This document shows, piece after piece, positions 25,291-39,533 of a stretch of 64,000 nt of DNA. The stretch is from Octopus vulgaris. Its lineage: Eukaryota. Location: positions 170,500,001 through 170,564,000 of the forward strand of contig OX597815.1 in NCBI GenBank assembly GCA_951406725.2, written 5' to 3'. Each line of letters opens with the position of its first letter. Positions within the stretch are counted from its first letter, which is position 1. The position numbers and the translations under genes were made by a program. The notes beneath the pieces were generated by a model. That model did not search any database. It was not told the DNA's origin and saw only the letters and a list, made by a program, of their open reading frames with translations.

Positions 25291-28010
25291 TCGGAACCTG
25301 CAATTCTCGTGGATCTGGAGTGTATTGACCGCAGTAGAATTGGTGCCGCGTTTGTACCCATGGTATATTCAGTCGTCCGTTTGTGAGTGTACATACACCT
25401 GAAATATAAATCCGTGTTTAGTTCAAAGAGCACGTATTTGTGAGCCGGATCCGATTTGCCTGAAACCTGAAACTATCTATCTATCTATCTATCTATCTAT
25501 CTGCCTATGTGTGTGTGTGTGCGTGCGCGCGTGTGTATGTATCTATGTAAGTATGTGTGTACGTATGCATGTGCATAATTGTATGAGAAATTAGAAACGT
25601 GTTGTGCACAAACCAAAGTTACTATACGCAATACGTACATTGTTTGACCATTTTCTTTGTAGCCATATACATGCGCACATACATATATATACGTACACAG
25701 ACAGATACATGTGGGTGTGTACATACATATAATTGACTCCTCCATCAATTATAATTTCAAAGTCCTTTAACATTTTCCTATTCACAAAAGTTAAATTCTC
25801 AGATGGTGAATAAACATCTGAATCTGAATATTTCGACCATTAACCGATGCATTCAGCTCTAGTCGGAATAATCTATTTAAATTGTCAACTGAGGTCCTTG
25901 GAGATTACTGAATGCAAAGCATAGTTCTGTTTACAAAAGAACGATCATGCTGATTCTATGATGCTCTTCCGATGATATCGAAAGTAATGTTTGCTATCTT
26001 GATGATCGATAATATTGGTTGTTAAGACACATGGAGCAAGTAATCATTCTGCTTAGGTTTTAATATAGTTTTCGTTCATTATGTGCAAATCCCGTGCCAT
26101 TGCTTTAGTAATCCCCATCTTCGGCGATTGTCATCTTTACACGGAAATGAATGACGTGGTGACTAGCGAGAAACAGATAATCAAAGCGTTAGGTTAGTAA
26201 TAGTATTTGATCATTTGAGATAGTAATGATGGAGATATTTGTTTGTAACAGGAGAATCTTACAGGTAATATCAGATTGTTGGTCTGTACGTGATTGAATG
26301 TTAATAAATTGATGATTAATCGTAATAGACAAGTTCTAGTTATACATATTTTACAAGCGTATATTTCTTTAAAATCGTGATTGCAACTGATTATATGTAG
26401 CAATAAAAACCTATGCATCTTTACAGTGAAAAGTGGTTAAAACGGAAGTAAATGGAAAGTGAAAACTTCATCTGAACTATCCTCCATACATACAACCATG
26501 TACAGAACCCTCATATAGATAAATAAGAGGTATATATAAACGCACACAGACACAGACAGACAGACACACACACACACACGAGGATACATATGACGATATT
26601 GACTTTTTAGTGGAATTCAAATTAAATTTCTGATACCAGTAATTTTATGCTGGAAATTTAGCCAGTAATTTTCTACTAGAAACGCAATTTGACAATCTAC
26701 TCGCATGTGCGACTAGTAAAAAGAATTTATTTCATACTCCAATTTGCATATATTTGTATGTCTAAAGACATACGTAAACGTCTTTCGATATGAATAATGA
26801 ACACTACATTTAAGTACACTACAAATATATATCATTGTATATCCAGAAGGAATAAATTTACTATCAATATTAAATTTCTTTTTATAGCGTTTTTCCATGC
26901 CTGGTATGAATACGATTTTAGTTTGACTTGCAAATAGAGACTAAAATATAGTTCTTAAAGTTTCTTCCCTTCGCGGCTCTCGAAACACTTCGATTGTTAA
27001 ATCATGAAATATATTGGTGTATCACTTTAATAACACAGATTCTGAAGAAATAGTGCCATCGTTGTAGGAACATTACCGCAAATACAACTGCGCAATAAAT
27101 TTTTGTTTTATCCATCCTCGATTTTATAACCTTCTGCTCAACCATACAAATTTGCAATATTTCTAACACTATATTCTTCAAGATTACTGTTTAAAATTTT
27201 AATTGTAATATGAACAATGTTAAATTACACATATTCGAAATCTGCGCTGTTTGTTATAAAGGTAACGTCTAACACAGAAACATGTAAACAAATATGTTAT
27301 CTTCGAGAAATTCAATATTTGTAAATTACGATAATAAATGTTGGAATTTTACGTCAATTGGAAGTTTGAACGGGTCGCAGTCCAATAAACGTAAACACCA
27401 TAAGAATGAATATTAACGCTTAAACGAACACATAAAATGGCATACGAGCAAACCGATGGAGAATGCTTTCAGTGAAATGTTTATTAAAAGAAAACCACGA
27501 TAAAATATACAACACTTCTCCAGAAAAATAAATTTTCTTAGATAATAGGATAAAAAAATGTGGGAACAAAAAGACAATTCAATGTTGAATTGTTCTGTGC
27601 ATGGAACGAATAATTTCAAGAATATTTAAATACTGGGAGATTACCCGTGACAAACATCCTGTTTTGAAAGAAAACATTTTCAATTCTATTAAGCGAGATT
27701 AACGTTCTGATTCACCTACTATAAATTATACGCTATTTATACGCTAAAACAGCTAAACGTTAAAGCAATAAAGAAATACATTCACACATACTGACGTAGT
27801 TTCAATTATGTATATACACACACACACACAAACACACACTCGCACACACATATTAAGCTGTAGACAACTTTGAATGATTGAATAATGATATTTTGCAATA
27901 AATAACTTACAGTAGAGCACACAGGGAGGAATAAAATCAGCATTTACGGATTTACATATACATAAGCATGCATACATACAAACATACACATATATACATA
28001 TGTATATATA

Positions 28011-28069
<59 letters not shown>

Positions 28070-29168
28070 GAGTTACAGAAAGGTACAGCTGTAAATATTA
28101 TGGACATTATATTTAATATAAAGTACCTGTCTGAATAGCTAAGCGAGAATGTCATCACCCCGCTGGATCTAACTGCCTAAATACACTGCAATATCATTCC
28201 GCCGGTACTTATGTGCTAAATTCTATATTTAATTTATATTGCTGTGTGTGCATTTTGTTCCAGCCAAAAGAGGTGCCGACACATGTGCATTTATTTCTGT
28301 TATGCGATGTTTAGAGCGAGCATACATATAAGCAATATTTAGAATACCCTGTGCACGGTTATACAGAATTCGTGAAGAGAAATATAATTTCTGATGTAAA
28401 TATCATACTGCAGTTATCCATCGATATTTTGAACACAGAATGCATGAAGAAAACAAGAAGGGATATAAGATTTTAGGTTTATTCACTACATTAATACATG
28501 GATTTCAATATTATAAATTCCTGTTATGAATCCAAATACCACACACACTGATTTCATAATCAAATCATTAGAGGGTTACAACAAACAAAACCATAACCTC
28601 AAGCTATATCATAGCTGTTTATTAGAAGTGTTGCACACTCATGGTTTCCGCTTTTCTAATATCCTTTCTTAGAAGCATGTTGACGTAATTTTTTGTGCAT
28701 ATTGCCACATATTTGCTGTTCCTTATTAAGTTTATCATCTTTATGAAATGAATGGAAAACGGGGATTATATTTTCCCACAGTTATTGCCAAAAATGCACA
28801 ACTGGACTCACCAACATTCATTCCAAATGCTGTCGAAAACTAGGTTATGAAATTAAATTGCAATTTTTATGTGGTTGATATTTGGCTAATACACGTTTAG
28901 GTTGTCGACAAAGAAAATATGGGAGATACTTTTGATTCCATTTCTATGGCCACTATATTTTGTGAGCTGGTGAGATAGTAAATTTAATAACACTGACAGG
29001 CTATCTCTCTGAAAGATGCCCTTTTGTTAGTGAATGTTATCAGACTCCATTTTCGCCTTATCACTCCTAAGGAGGAAATTGACATATCAAGACTTGGTCA
29101 GATGTTCAATACCGCCATCTACTGGTTGTATAACGTTACCTAACTGTAAAACATTGATAATGCATGCA

Positions 29169-29860
29169 TGCATAGTCTTATCAATAAGTATCCAGACTGT
29201 TGCCATCGAAGCGAATTGAAAGCACTCAGAGTAAAGTTGCTTGGTACAAATTGACCTTGGACTCTGCTGTACATGGTCATTAAGTTTTAAGGTACTGGTT
29301 CATTTCTGCCGTTTACAGCAGTGCTTGGAGAAAACGTGTGTAGCTTGTGATCGTCGTATTGACCGTGACAGCGTACGTTGAGCAGAGAATGTATATTAAA
29401 TTTTGCCAAAAGCTTGGCGATACCCGCTCAGAGACCTACGCAAAGTTTTTGAAAAGTTTTCATCGTTCTTGACACAATTAAGGAGATCTTGTGCAACTGA
29501 AACCAGAGCGCCTTTTTGGTCAGCTGTTAAGCAGATTTGGCACAAACTTGGCAGACACGCGTCTCATACCCAAATCTTCAGTGATAAAGGACTGAACCGT
29601 AACGAATCTGCACATCCTCTGATAACTCGCAGATGATGATTCGACGATTTCCTTTCAGCGCTGCACACACATCTGCGATGTTTTTCTCAGTTCTTCTGGT
29701 TCACCAGAACGCTAATTAATATCGACATTTTTTCAGCTATCTTGGAAATGTCTGAACCATTCGTACACTTGTGTGCGGCTTATACACTCCTCTCCATACA
29801 CTTTCTGCAACCTCACGTTGGACTCCGAGCAGGTATTGCCATGACAACTTTCCCTGTCAT
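29169..29860. mobile_element. Fold-back non-autonomous mariner derivative, copy 1
   Basis: Plus arm: TIR-like end then EQRMYIKFCQKLGDTRSETYAK; minus arm: LQKVYGEECISRTQVYEWFRHF...LGMRRVSAKFVP (mariner HTH). Confidence 0.85.
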
Positions 29861-31049
29861 GTAGATTAATCTGTAAGGCAGTAAAATGCGAGTTCCATTG
29901 CAAAACATTACCATCTACGAAATTAAAGATTTTTACAAGATTTTAAAGATTTCAGAAGAACTACTGTTCGAGATAGAACAAATGAAGTATTTACGAGTTG
30001 TCATTTCAAAGTAATTAGAATGTCAGAAGAATTTCAATGAAGGCACGTATAATTGTAGCAAGTATGGCCTCAAGAATATTTATAATTCATATGGATATTA
30101 AATCACGGTGGACATTTGCATTTTTATTATAAATGTAGTCTCACTACTTAAAAACTCACTAAAAGCTTCATGCCATATGTACCAACTCTAGTTGGAATAC
30201 GACTGCTGGAAGCCGTTAAATATTTTGATGATAGTTAACAAATGGTGCGTGGAGATATAGTTATACATAAATATACGTATTGATGCATCCAAATATTCAT
30301 AGATGCATAGGTAGCTGGCAAGTTATGCAGTCAGGTAGACAGAGTAAGTTAGTCAGTAAGCCAGTCGGCCAGACTGACAGTCAGGCAGAAAGACGGACTG
30401 ACAGATAGATAGATAGACAGTACAAAGAAAAGAACGTCTTGATTTCTTCAGCTAGTGTGATTTTGTAATATGTACTATGCTTTCGTCTAGCGATTTAAGT
30501 CTCTGTGTAGTGGCGAGCAGATATATAGCTCCCGCCCCAGTTCGTTCGTATATATATGTCTGTTTGTACACACATACATATATATATATACATGCATGTC
30601 ATTCCAAATATTCTACAACTGACGTTCTCTAGACGAATTGATGTGCATACAACGGTGTGAGGATCGTCAGCTCAAACAATACACCAACTCATCCACATAT
30701 TTACAAACAACGGGAACTCTCTGGATTCAAAAAGTCATGTCACCTTGTCAGCGACCGGCTTGAACTCTCTTAAGAAGAATTTAAATAAAACTCATAGAAA
30801 AATATGTATACATAAATGCATATGTACATCGAACAGAAAACACCAACAATTTAGCTAAAATCCATACTATACTGTAAAAATAGAACAGCAAACACTTGTT
30901 CAATCCTTGCAAGTGATCTGGAGTGTTAGTTTCCATTAGGTACAAAACCTTAGCTTGAATGACAGGTCATGCAACACTAGCGCAAATATAAAAAGTAGTA
31001 AATGAGAATTAGAGGCACACAATTCTGAAGACCACACTCCAGAAGTATG

Positions 31050-32060
31050 AAAACAACCATAGAAACCATTAATTTTTTTTTATGTAAGCCTCAGCCATTA
31101 CATTACTAGTGTGCTATAAAGGGATGAAGCCGCGAAGTTAAGATACAAGCAGAAAGCTTAAACCAGAATAGGTATTTAACTTAAAAAATATGATTTTATT
31201 CCTGCAAAAAGTACCTCACAGATCGTTGTAGTTATGAAATATAACTGAAAGAACACCACACGACATCAGGAAGACTTTAAAAAAATTAGAGACTATTTGG
31301 TGATAAAGGATTCAAAAAAATTAAATCCCAAACGGCACCAGTTAAAACAACTCATAGATACTGCTTTTAAACTAAAATATTAGTATACAACATATAAACG
31401 GTAATAGCTCAATAAATTAATTTCCAGTGACCCGAAACCCGAAGACAGTTTATTGCAGCTTCAACGCGAATATTTGAATTTTTAAAGACAACCCCACAGA
31501 GTGTCTAGCTGATGGCTACTGGTAACATGTATGGGAAACGAATGATGAATCCAACAAACAAGCTGTATAGGTCTACTGTCAGTATGTCCAGCAAAGCAAT
31601 GTGAAATGGACGGCGAAATACGGGAAACAGTTCTACAAAAAATGTCAAATAGGAAATCAGCAAGCTCAGATCTGATAGCAGGTCACTGGCTGAAGAAATT
31701 CACCTTTTATCGGTAATGTCTCATATGGCTGTATGAGGAAAATATCACAGGCACACAAGAAATGTCCCAATGGCTATTAACTACAGCAATTTTTTTCATC
31801 CCCCAAAACAGACGAACCACCTTTGCTAAAAACTACCACCCGAGAGTCTGCCAGAACGTCATGCAAAATTTATACACTGGCAGCGTCATTTTTTTTCTTC
31901 CGGGATCATTGTGTTACCAACAACATTATGAAGAAGTTGGAGGAAAGAAGGTGTTGGGCTGTATACAGCTGCAGTTAATTAACCAAATGTTTCAGGAAAA
32001 AAAAAGAGTAAAATATCACAGGAAATTCATCTTTGTGTGGCCGGACAGGGTTTATGATAG
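31050..32060 (+). mobile_element. R4/Dong-like LINE fragment (N-terminal part of RT)
   Basis: RKSASSDLIAGHWLKKF (compare WKSPG.D....WLK) and PQWL...IPQN..T..KNYHP.VC.N; ends at (CTA)n; 5' limit uncertain. Confidence 0.75.
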
Positions 32061-32062
32061 TA

Positions 32063-32097
<35 letters not shown>

Positions 32098-32133
32098 ATA
32101 CCACCACCACCAATGCTGCTGCTGCTGCTGCTA

Positions 32134-32185
<52 letters not shown>

Positions 32186-33329
32186 ATTAATCATTGTTTT
32201 AATCCACTCAGTCTTATAGCCGCTGCCAATTTTGTGACAAATGTTTGGATGATTTTATATAGTTGATGAGAAGTATATCATTCATATTGCCACCAGCAAT
32301 TTAACTATGAACAACGTAGTCGCTCAACTGGCCAAACAGAGTTGCTAATTCACCATAAAGTTACATCCTGCCTACTTACAGAAGTCATAGTACATAACAG
32401 AGACAAGAAAACATTGTGAAAGCTGAATTGCCTTTCATTGTGCATCTACATGGGGCGAAATAATAATAATGTCACTTTTACTATCAAGAACAATAAAAAC
32501 TGAAACATTTTCTGTATTAAAGGTATTATGTAGTCTTTCTGTAATGGTTTCTACATCAACGATATCGTGAACAACAGAAGGGGAAACATATTTAATATTA
32601 ATGGTAATATCTTGTCCTTCCACAATAGTTCTCACACCCACGTGTTGCCATGAAAGTAAACGTCCATAACTATGGAAGTTGTTAGCGCTCATATACGTGT
32701 AATTACTCACATACTGACCCCTATTTAGCGGCCAACGTCAAATCAATACCGAATCACATCCTATAAAATCGCATCCCATGAAATAAAAAAAAAACTATAA
32801 AAAAACTAAAATGCATCGATGTCAATCGTTTGTTGGAGAGATATTTTGCTTGTGATCTTTGTGACTAATCACCGGAAAAATATAAAAAAGATCGTGCATT
32901 TGACTGTTTTGTATTTACCTCAGAGTTGTTACGGTTGTGTATACTCTGATACATTACGGGTCTTACGATTCTGTTTTCAAATAGAATCAGTTAAGTACTG
33001 GACTTGATTCACTTGGGGTCAACCCACTAATAAAATTTGAGTTGGGATGCTTTTGTTATAAATTAATATTTTTATTCCTATGTTTGTCTTTCTAAATAAA
33101 TTCAAGGCTTAGAAGGCCATTGTTATTTTCTTATGCAAGTTTTTGCAACTGGTTTACAGAACAGAAATGCTTGGAATATATTAACTGCAACGGTCAGTTG
33201 CTGGAGCTGCAATAGCTGCAAAAATACCTGTAACAATAGAAACAGAAACAATAATAGCAAAGGCGTCGGCAGCCGCAGTAATTTTATTTTCCGTTTTTAT
33301 TTAAATTGAGGTTAGTAAAGTTGATGCTG

Positions 33330-33720
33330 CTAACGTTCCGCCAAGACTGTTATAAGTGGATGAATACAGAAAATGTAAGTACAAGCAGAGCATTCCAGTC
33401 GTATACTATTTGGGGACTAAGAATTGGATGTTTGGGTTAATATCGTCTTTGAGGAAGGGTAAGACGGACAATGTAGGGGATGAGAGGAGGAAAGGCAAAG
33501 AAGTCCGGTGTACTTGAGTGGAAGTGGCGAGTGACTAGCCTGATCCGATGAGCCTATGCTACTGAAGTAATTGTAGGAATGACTGAGAGAGAGAGGGGAG
33601 ACCATAGAGCTGTGGTCAGAGATCGAACCGTGATTACGAGGAATTTCATATTAATCAGTGGAGTGGTATTTCACTGATTGCGGTCTAGAATATCCATGGG
33701 TGTAGTGACAATTGTATACC
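33330..33720 (-). mobile_element. Decayed APE-type LINE endonuclease fragment (CR1/L2-like)
   Basis: Frameshifted HG-ILD motif followed by ISDH. Confidence 0.4.
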
Positions 33721-33725
33721 AGACA

Positions 33726-33782
<57 letters not shown>

Positions 33783-34329
33783 CAGCATCAGCAGCAGCAG
33801 TAGTAATAGTGACAGTGGCATCCAGCAGCAGCAATTTATGTCCCGTTAGTGTGGGAAACAACAATGTATTTTTTGTCTCGTAGCCATTAATTGGAGAACG
33901 GTTATGGAACTCACGAAGACCAGATTGTTTTTTTACATTTAGAATTATTAACAAGGAAGGGAATGAATGCACTGAGTGGACATTTAAAATTACTATACCG
34001 TAAATAATGTCGCTGTAGTGCAAGCCAAAGGGACAGTACGTTCGTAATTGCTGTTAATTGAGTGTACTTTTTTCTTTTCTTTTGCAGAATGATATGGGTC
34101 ATCGTCGGTTTCGGCGATCAGTATCCAAATATTCAACCCACTGAACAAATTGCTCATTGAATTAGCTTATAAGTGGTTAAACCTTCCGTCGGCATTCACA
34201 TCCTTAATGTAATTTTCTTCCAAATGTGTTCCGTTATCCTGTCCAGGCTGGATTCGATCCGAACCAACTTACTTCATGTATGTGAAATAAAAGCAACAGC
34301 TTTCTACGCACAACACCCACGCACACACA

Positions 34330-34378
<49 letters not shown>

Positions 34379-34444
34379 GTACATACACATACGCACACAC
34401 AAGTACATACACATACGCACACACAAACACCTACTAAATTAGTG

Positions 34445-34635
34445 CTTTGAGTAAAAGAAAATACAGGAGGATCAGTTAATTACGAATTTATTCAACATAT
34501 ACCCGCCTTTCAGATTCATTCACATCTATTGCCTCGGTCGTTCAGTTTTTAAGCCTTATAAAAGAACTCGGAATGTTTTGCTTCCAAACAGGCCTTTTGC
34601 AATACCCTTAAAACCAGGAACATCTCAGTGCCCTT
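34445..34635 (-). mobile_element. Mariner-derived MITE
   Basis: Homologous to 60325-60522; carries a decayed transposase C-terminus. Confidence 0.7.
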
Positions 34636-34708
34636 GAAATATATATTCACGTATATTAAAACCTGATCTGGTCTTAAAACTGTAGAATGTTTTTCTCAAC
34701 GATGTCTA

Positions 34709-35515
34709 CGTGGTCTGATCAATATGTATCCGGACTGTTGTAAGACTAACAAAGCTAAAACACACAGATTGACCTTGAAATATGCTGCGCATGTGAACAA
34801 ACTTTTAACGTTCTAGCTCACTTCTGCTGTTTACAGCAGTGCTTGGATGTAACGTATGTAGCGTGTGTTCGTCACACTGAACACGGCAGAGAAAGTTGAG
34901 CATAATATCTGCATCAAATTTTTGCCAAAAGCTTAGCGATACCTGCTGAGAGGACTACGCAAAGTTGTCAAAACCTTTTCATCGTTCTCGACACAATCAA
35001 GGGGGTTTTGTGCAACTGAAACCCAAGTGTCGTTTTGGTCAGCTGAAAGCAGTTTTGGCACAACCTTGGCACAACACGCGTCTCATACCCAAGTCTTAAG
35101 TGATAATGGACTGAACCGTAACGAATCTGCACATCCTCTGATAACTCGCAGATGATGATTCGACAATTTCCTTTCAGAGCTGCACACACATCTGCGATGT
35201 TTTCCTCAGTTCTGCTGGTTGCAGGTCTACAAGAACGTTCGTCACTATCAACATTTTTCGGCCATCTTGGAAATGTCTGAACCACTCGTACATTTGTATG
35301 CAGATTATACACTTCTCTCCGTACAATTTCTGCAACCTTACGTTGGTCTCTGAGCAGGTATTACCAGAACAACTTTCTCTCTCATAGTCAATGAGACGAT
35401 CACACTCTACACACGTTATTCTAAGCACTGTTGTAAACGGTAGAAGTGAGCCAGAACGACAAAACTCAGCGCACATGCACAGCAGAAGTCAAAGTCAATC
35501 AGTACCAAGCTGTTT
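34709..35515. mobile_element. Fold-back non-autonomous mariner derivative, copy 2
   Basis: TA then CGTGGTCTGATCAATATGTATCCGGAC; minus arm LQKLYGEKC..YEWFRHFQDG..DERSCRP; 35340-35515 mirrors the left arm. Confidence 0.88.
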
Positions 35516-35903
35516 CATGCTATGTGCTTCTTAAACATAGACCCAAGAATATTTAATATTCTTTCATTCGCTTTCTATCAAATCAATACGTGCGTTGGTC
35601 ACATCGACTTCCGTCAGCTTAGCAGATAATCATATCTGACTAAAGCAATCACGAAATATATTAAATAAAACAACTGAAATGTTTGATGAATCTCTAATTT
35701 AATACTTAAACTTCTTCAATTACAAGCAGCATTCAAAAACACAAAAATCATAAAACTAACAACAACAATGTAATTTTGGTAATAAATCTTGTTCTTACTT
35801 CCTTTACATTTGACAGTTGTTACTGTAGGTATAGATTTTACGACTTTTTGTGATTAATATTCAAGAAGAATAGGTGAAAATAATTAATAAGGAAATAGTG
35901 CAT

Positions 35904-35944
<41 letters not shown>

Positions 35945-36085
35945 AGTATGTGTATATATATATATATATATACACACACACATATATATACATATATATA
36001 TATACATATATATATTATATTATATTATATTATATTATATTATATATATATTATATTATATATATATATATTATATTATATATAC

Positions 36086-36154
<69 letters not shown>

Positions 36155-36163
<9 letters not shown>

Positions 36164-36362
36164 GTTAGCCACTACGCACATTTTTTTTCTCTCCTTGTTT
36201 CTCTCGTTGTTTTCTGTGTCCCTTTCTGTAGAAGAGCGTAATCTCGAAACATAAAAGACTTTTTTGTATTCCTGAGCGTTATACTAATACATCTTTTTGT
36301 TTTGTACACCACCTGTCTTCGTCTTTTGTTGTTTTTTTCGTAAACTCTCCCTTTATATATAT
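36155..36362 (+). mobile_element. HHR-bearing repeat family H1
   Basis: CTTT-CTGTAGA-A-GAG..CTC-GAAAC-ATA-AAAG at 36222-36257; lies between (GA)n and (TA)n. Confidence 0.75.
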
Positions 36363-38086
36363 ATTGAGTCGGAACAAATACCGAAATGCATTTTTGCCGA
36401 CGCACTAGCGTAACTTTAAGCACTAAAACTCAAACAAAATTGAAAAGGATAGTTTTAGAGAGGCGATTGGTGAAACTAAATGATGACATCTTGGTATGTA
36501 ATACAACTCTTAAAGGAATTTCCTACTAAATAGAAACAAAGAACAACAAATCATTAGTTCTGTGATATATTTCTTTGAAATGCTTTCTGATATTTGTAAA
36601 GGAGATGAAGATGCTTGGCTGACATATCTGCATAAGTCAGATACTGAAAAAATTCAGATACAGTCATGCAGACGGTGCTCCAACATGGCCGCAATCATAT
36701 GACTGAAACAAGTAAAATAATAAAAGAATAATATCTAAATATAAACCATACTGATGTTTTAATATTCTGCCAGCTAATAACGTTTTATCGTCTTGAGATA
36801 ATCAATCAAAAAGCGCTCGTATGGCGTAGAAGTTATTTTGAAGGGACAGCATAATAAATTTCATACAAATCTAATCTTCACATTAATGTATATTTTTGCC
36901 AAATCGGAGGGAGTATAAATATTTTGTAAGATATGAAAGTAAATAGTGGTAACCAGACACAAATCACTTTTATTGATGCGACACAGTACACTTTGCGATT
37001 TAAAATTACTTGCTAAGATATTTCGCTAAAAACTTGCCGCCATATTTTTACCGTTTCCTATATTGAATATGTCTTATAAAAGAAAAAAGGAGACACCTTT
37101 AATAATATATATACTTTGAATCAATATACTTCCTAAGGAAAGATTTGAAATCTGTCATTCTCAATTAGTTTCACGTTTAAGCTACTGAATGTTCTTAAAT
37201 TTCCTGTAGAGCAACGAATTGTTCGCCCTGCAAGAGTATCTCCAGGGTATGATAATGTACGAGTACATTTCGTTATATTTAAATATTTACAACAATATTC
37301 TATGAAGGAAAAAAAGGAAAGAAGTTCTACATTCGCACAAACAATTACATGCGTGAAGCGCTCAAAGATTACGGAAGCTGTTTTGAGTTAAAGAATACGT
37401 TCTGTCCTCTATAGACAGGTATGTGGCTAAACGTAGCATTTGATTCATTAAAAGGGTAAAAGCATAAACTCTGACATTTGTTGGCTATGCTGATAATAGT
37501 AATAAAGAGTGCCAGTGGTGAAATCTCGCAGACACGTCACACGAGATATTGAGGAATTTCCAAACATCGATTTATATTTGTGTCTTTGTATCGTGAGTGT
37601 GTATGTGTAAATTTGATATGTTCATTGATATATATACTTTTAACTATGTATGATGATATACCAAGAAAATAGCTAAGCCGAATAATATCGTTTATGTTAA
37701 AAAACAAAGTATTTGTGGGCGTATATATCCTCATGCCCATACATAAGCACACATACATTCATGTACACAAACAGGTGTGTATATGTACATATACGAATGC
37801 AGTTATATATCTACATGTATACATGTATATTTTATATAAGTATATATATATATATATACATACATACATACATACATATATATATAAATGTGTATATGTT
37901 TATACCTATATCTATATATATGTATGTGTGTGAGTGAGTGTATATGCGTGTGTGTTTGAGTGTGTGCGCGTGTGTAGGCATATATACAACGGTTGTGTTG
38001 AACAGCGAGAAAGAGACCCATGCTCGTATTCTTAAATGCTTCCTGTTTGTGAGCTTTCGAAAATCCATGTGTGTAAGTCTGTGTGC

Positions 38087-38171
<85 letters not shown>

Positions 38172-38174
<3 letters not shown>

Positions 38175-38415
38175 CCATTTCAAAATGTAACCACATGTGG
38201 ATCGTTGGCGATTTTTTCCCTCCGTCTTCCTTTTCTCTTGGACTTTCATCCGCCTCGTGTTTCTGAGGAAGCGTTTTGCTCGAAACGTAAAAACTACCTT
38301 TCTTTCCTTACCTGACCGTGTGCTAATACTTTGCATGCACCACGTGCTCGCGTTGTTGTTTTTACCTGGTTGTGTTTGATCCACGTTATTTCGGAATTAT
38401 TATTATTATAATTAT
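38172..38415 (+). mobile_element. HHR-bearing repeat family H2
   Basis: GTTT-CTGAGGA-AGC GTTTT GCT-C-GAAAC-GTA-AAAAC at 38259-38294; embedded in (TA)n; homologous to 44125-44350. Confidence 0.75.
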
Positions 38416-38422
38416 ATATATA

Positions 38423-38465
<43 letters not shown>

Positions 38466-38491
38466 AAGGGTGGAAAAGAACACACGAGTTG

Positions 38492-38606
38492 ATATATATG
38501 AAAAAACAAGTCAAAAATAGAAAATGCTAAGATAATTTTGTAGTGAAAGATTCACTGAAAGATTCAGTATAAAATTATCTTAGCATTTTCTATTTTTGAC
38601 TTGTTT

Positions 38607-38618
<12 letters not shown>
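38492..38618. repeat. Near-perfect palindrome (about 55-bp arms)
   Basis: ATGAAAAAACAAGTCAAAAATAGAAAATGCTAAGATAATTTT mirrored exactly; apex carries tandem TGAAAGATTCA x2. Confidence 0.92.
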
Positions 38619-38682
<64 letters not shown>

Positions 38683-38784
38683 GATAAATATATATATATA
38701 TATATCAGATAAATTCCTCTGTTTACATAATATCGAGGTCTCTCCTTTCTTTTGTTGTCATACCATTTTTATCAATATATATAT

Positions 38785-38972
38785 ATTCTTTTCTTTTATT
38801 CTTCTATTTGTGTTAGTCATGTGACTGCAGCCAAATCTACCCCAGGACTTATTCTGTGTAAGCCTAGTACTTATTCTATCAGTAAATTTTGCCGAACCGT
38901 TAGTTTTGGGGGAAGTAAGCACACCAATATCGGTTGTCAAGCGATGGTGGAGGTTGATGCAAACACACAAAT

Positions 38973-39005
<33 letters not shown>

Positions 39006-39533
39006 TGTACATATATATATATTAAATATATATACATATGACGGGCTATTTTCTATTTCCGTCTACCAAATCCACTTACAAATTTTTGGTCGGCCCGAGG
39101 CTATAATAAAAGACAGCTGCCGACGTTGCCACGCAGTAGCACTGACCTTGAAACCACGTGGTTGGGGAAGCAAGTCGTTATATTGCGGTCATGCAGGAAC
39201 ACCGCCCTGAGGATTTCTTAGTCGAATAATACGAAGCCTGAACTTTTTTTTAAAGCCCACTACTTATGCTATCACCACTCTTGCTGAACTTCTACGTTAC
39301 GGGGACGTAAACACACCAACACCGTTTGGCAAGCGGTGGTGAGGGGACTAACACAGACAAAAAATACACACATATTGATATAAATATACATACGTACGAC
39401 GGGCTTCTTTCAATTTCCCTCTTCCAAATCAGCTTGGTCGGACCAGGCTATAGCAGAAGACATTTGCTCAAGGTACCATGTACTGATTGTTATTGGGAAG
39501 CAAGCTTCTTACCACACAGTCACACCTGCGCCT
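38785..39533 (-). mobile_element. Two head-to-tail SINE family A copies
   Basis: Copy 1 at about 38785-39180, copy 2 at about 39181-39533; each has the family body and internal microsatellite. Confidence 0.85.

Noticed and set aside
28812-28839. Minus-strand micro-exon FSTAFGMNV with a GTGAGT donor
   Set aside because: Too short to distinguish from chance, and no partner exons found.
32435-32710. 91-aa minus-strand ORF in unique sequence
   Set aside because: No recognisable homology and only weak splice support.
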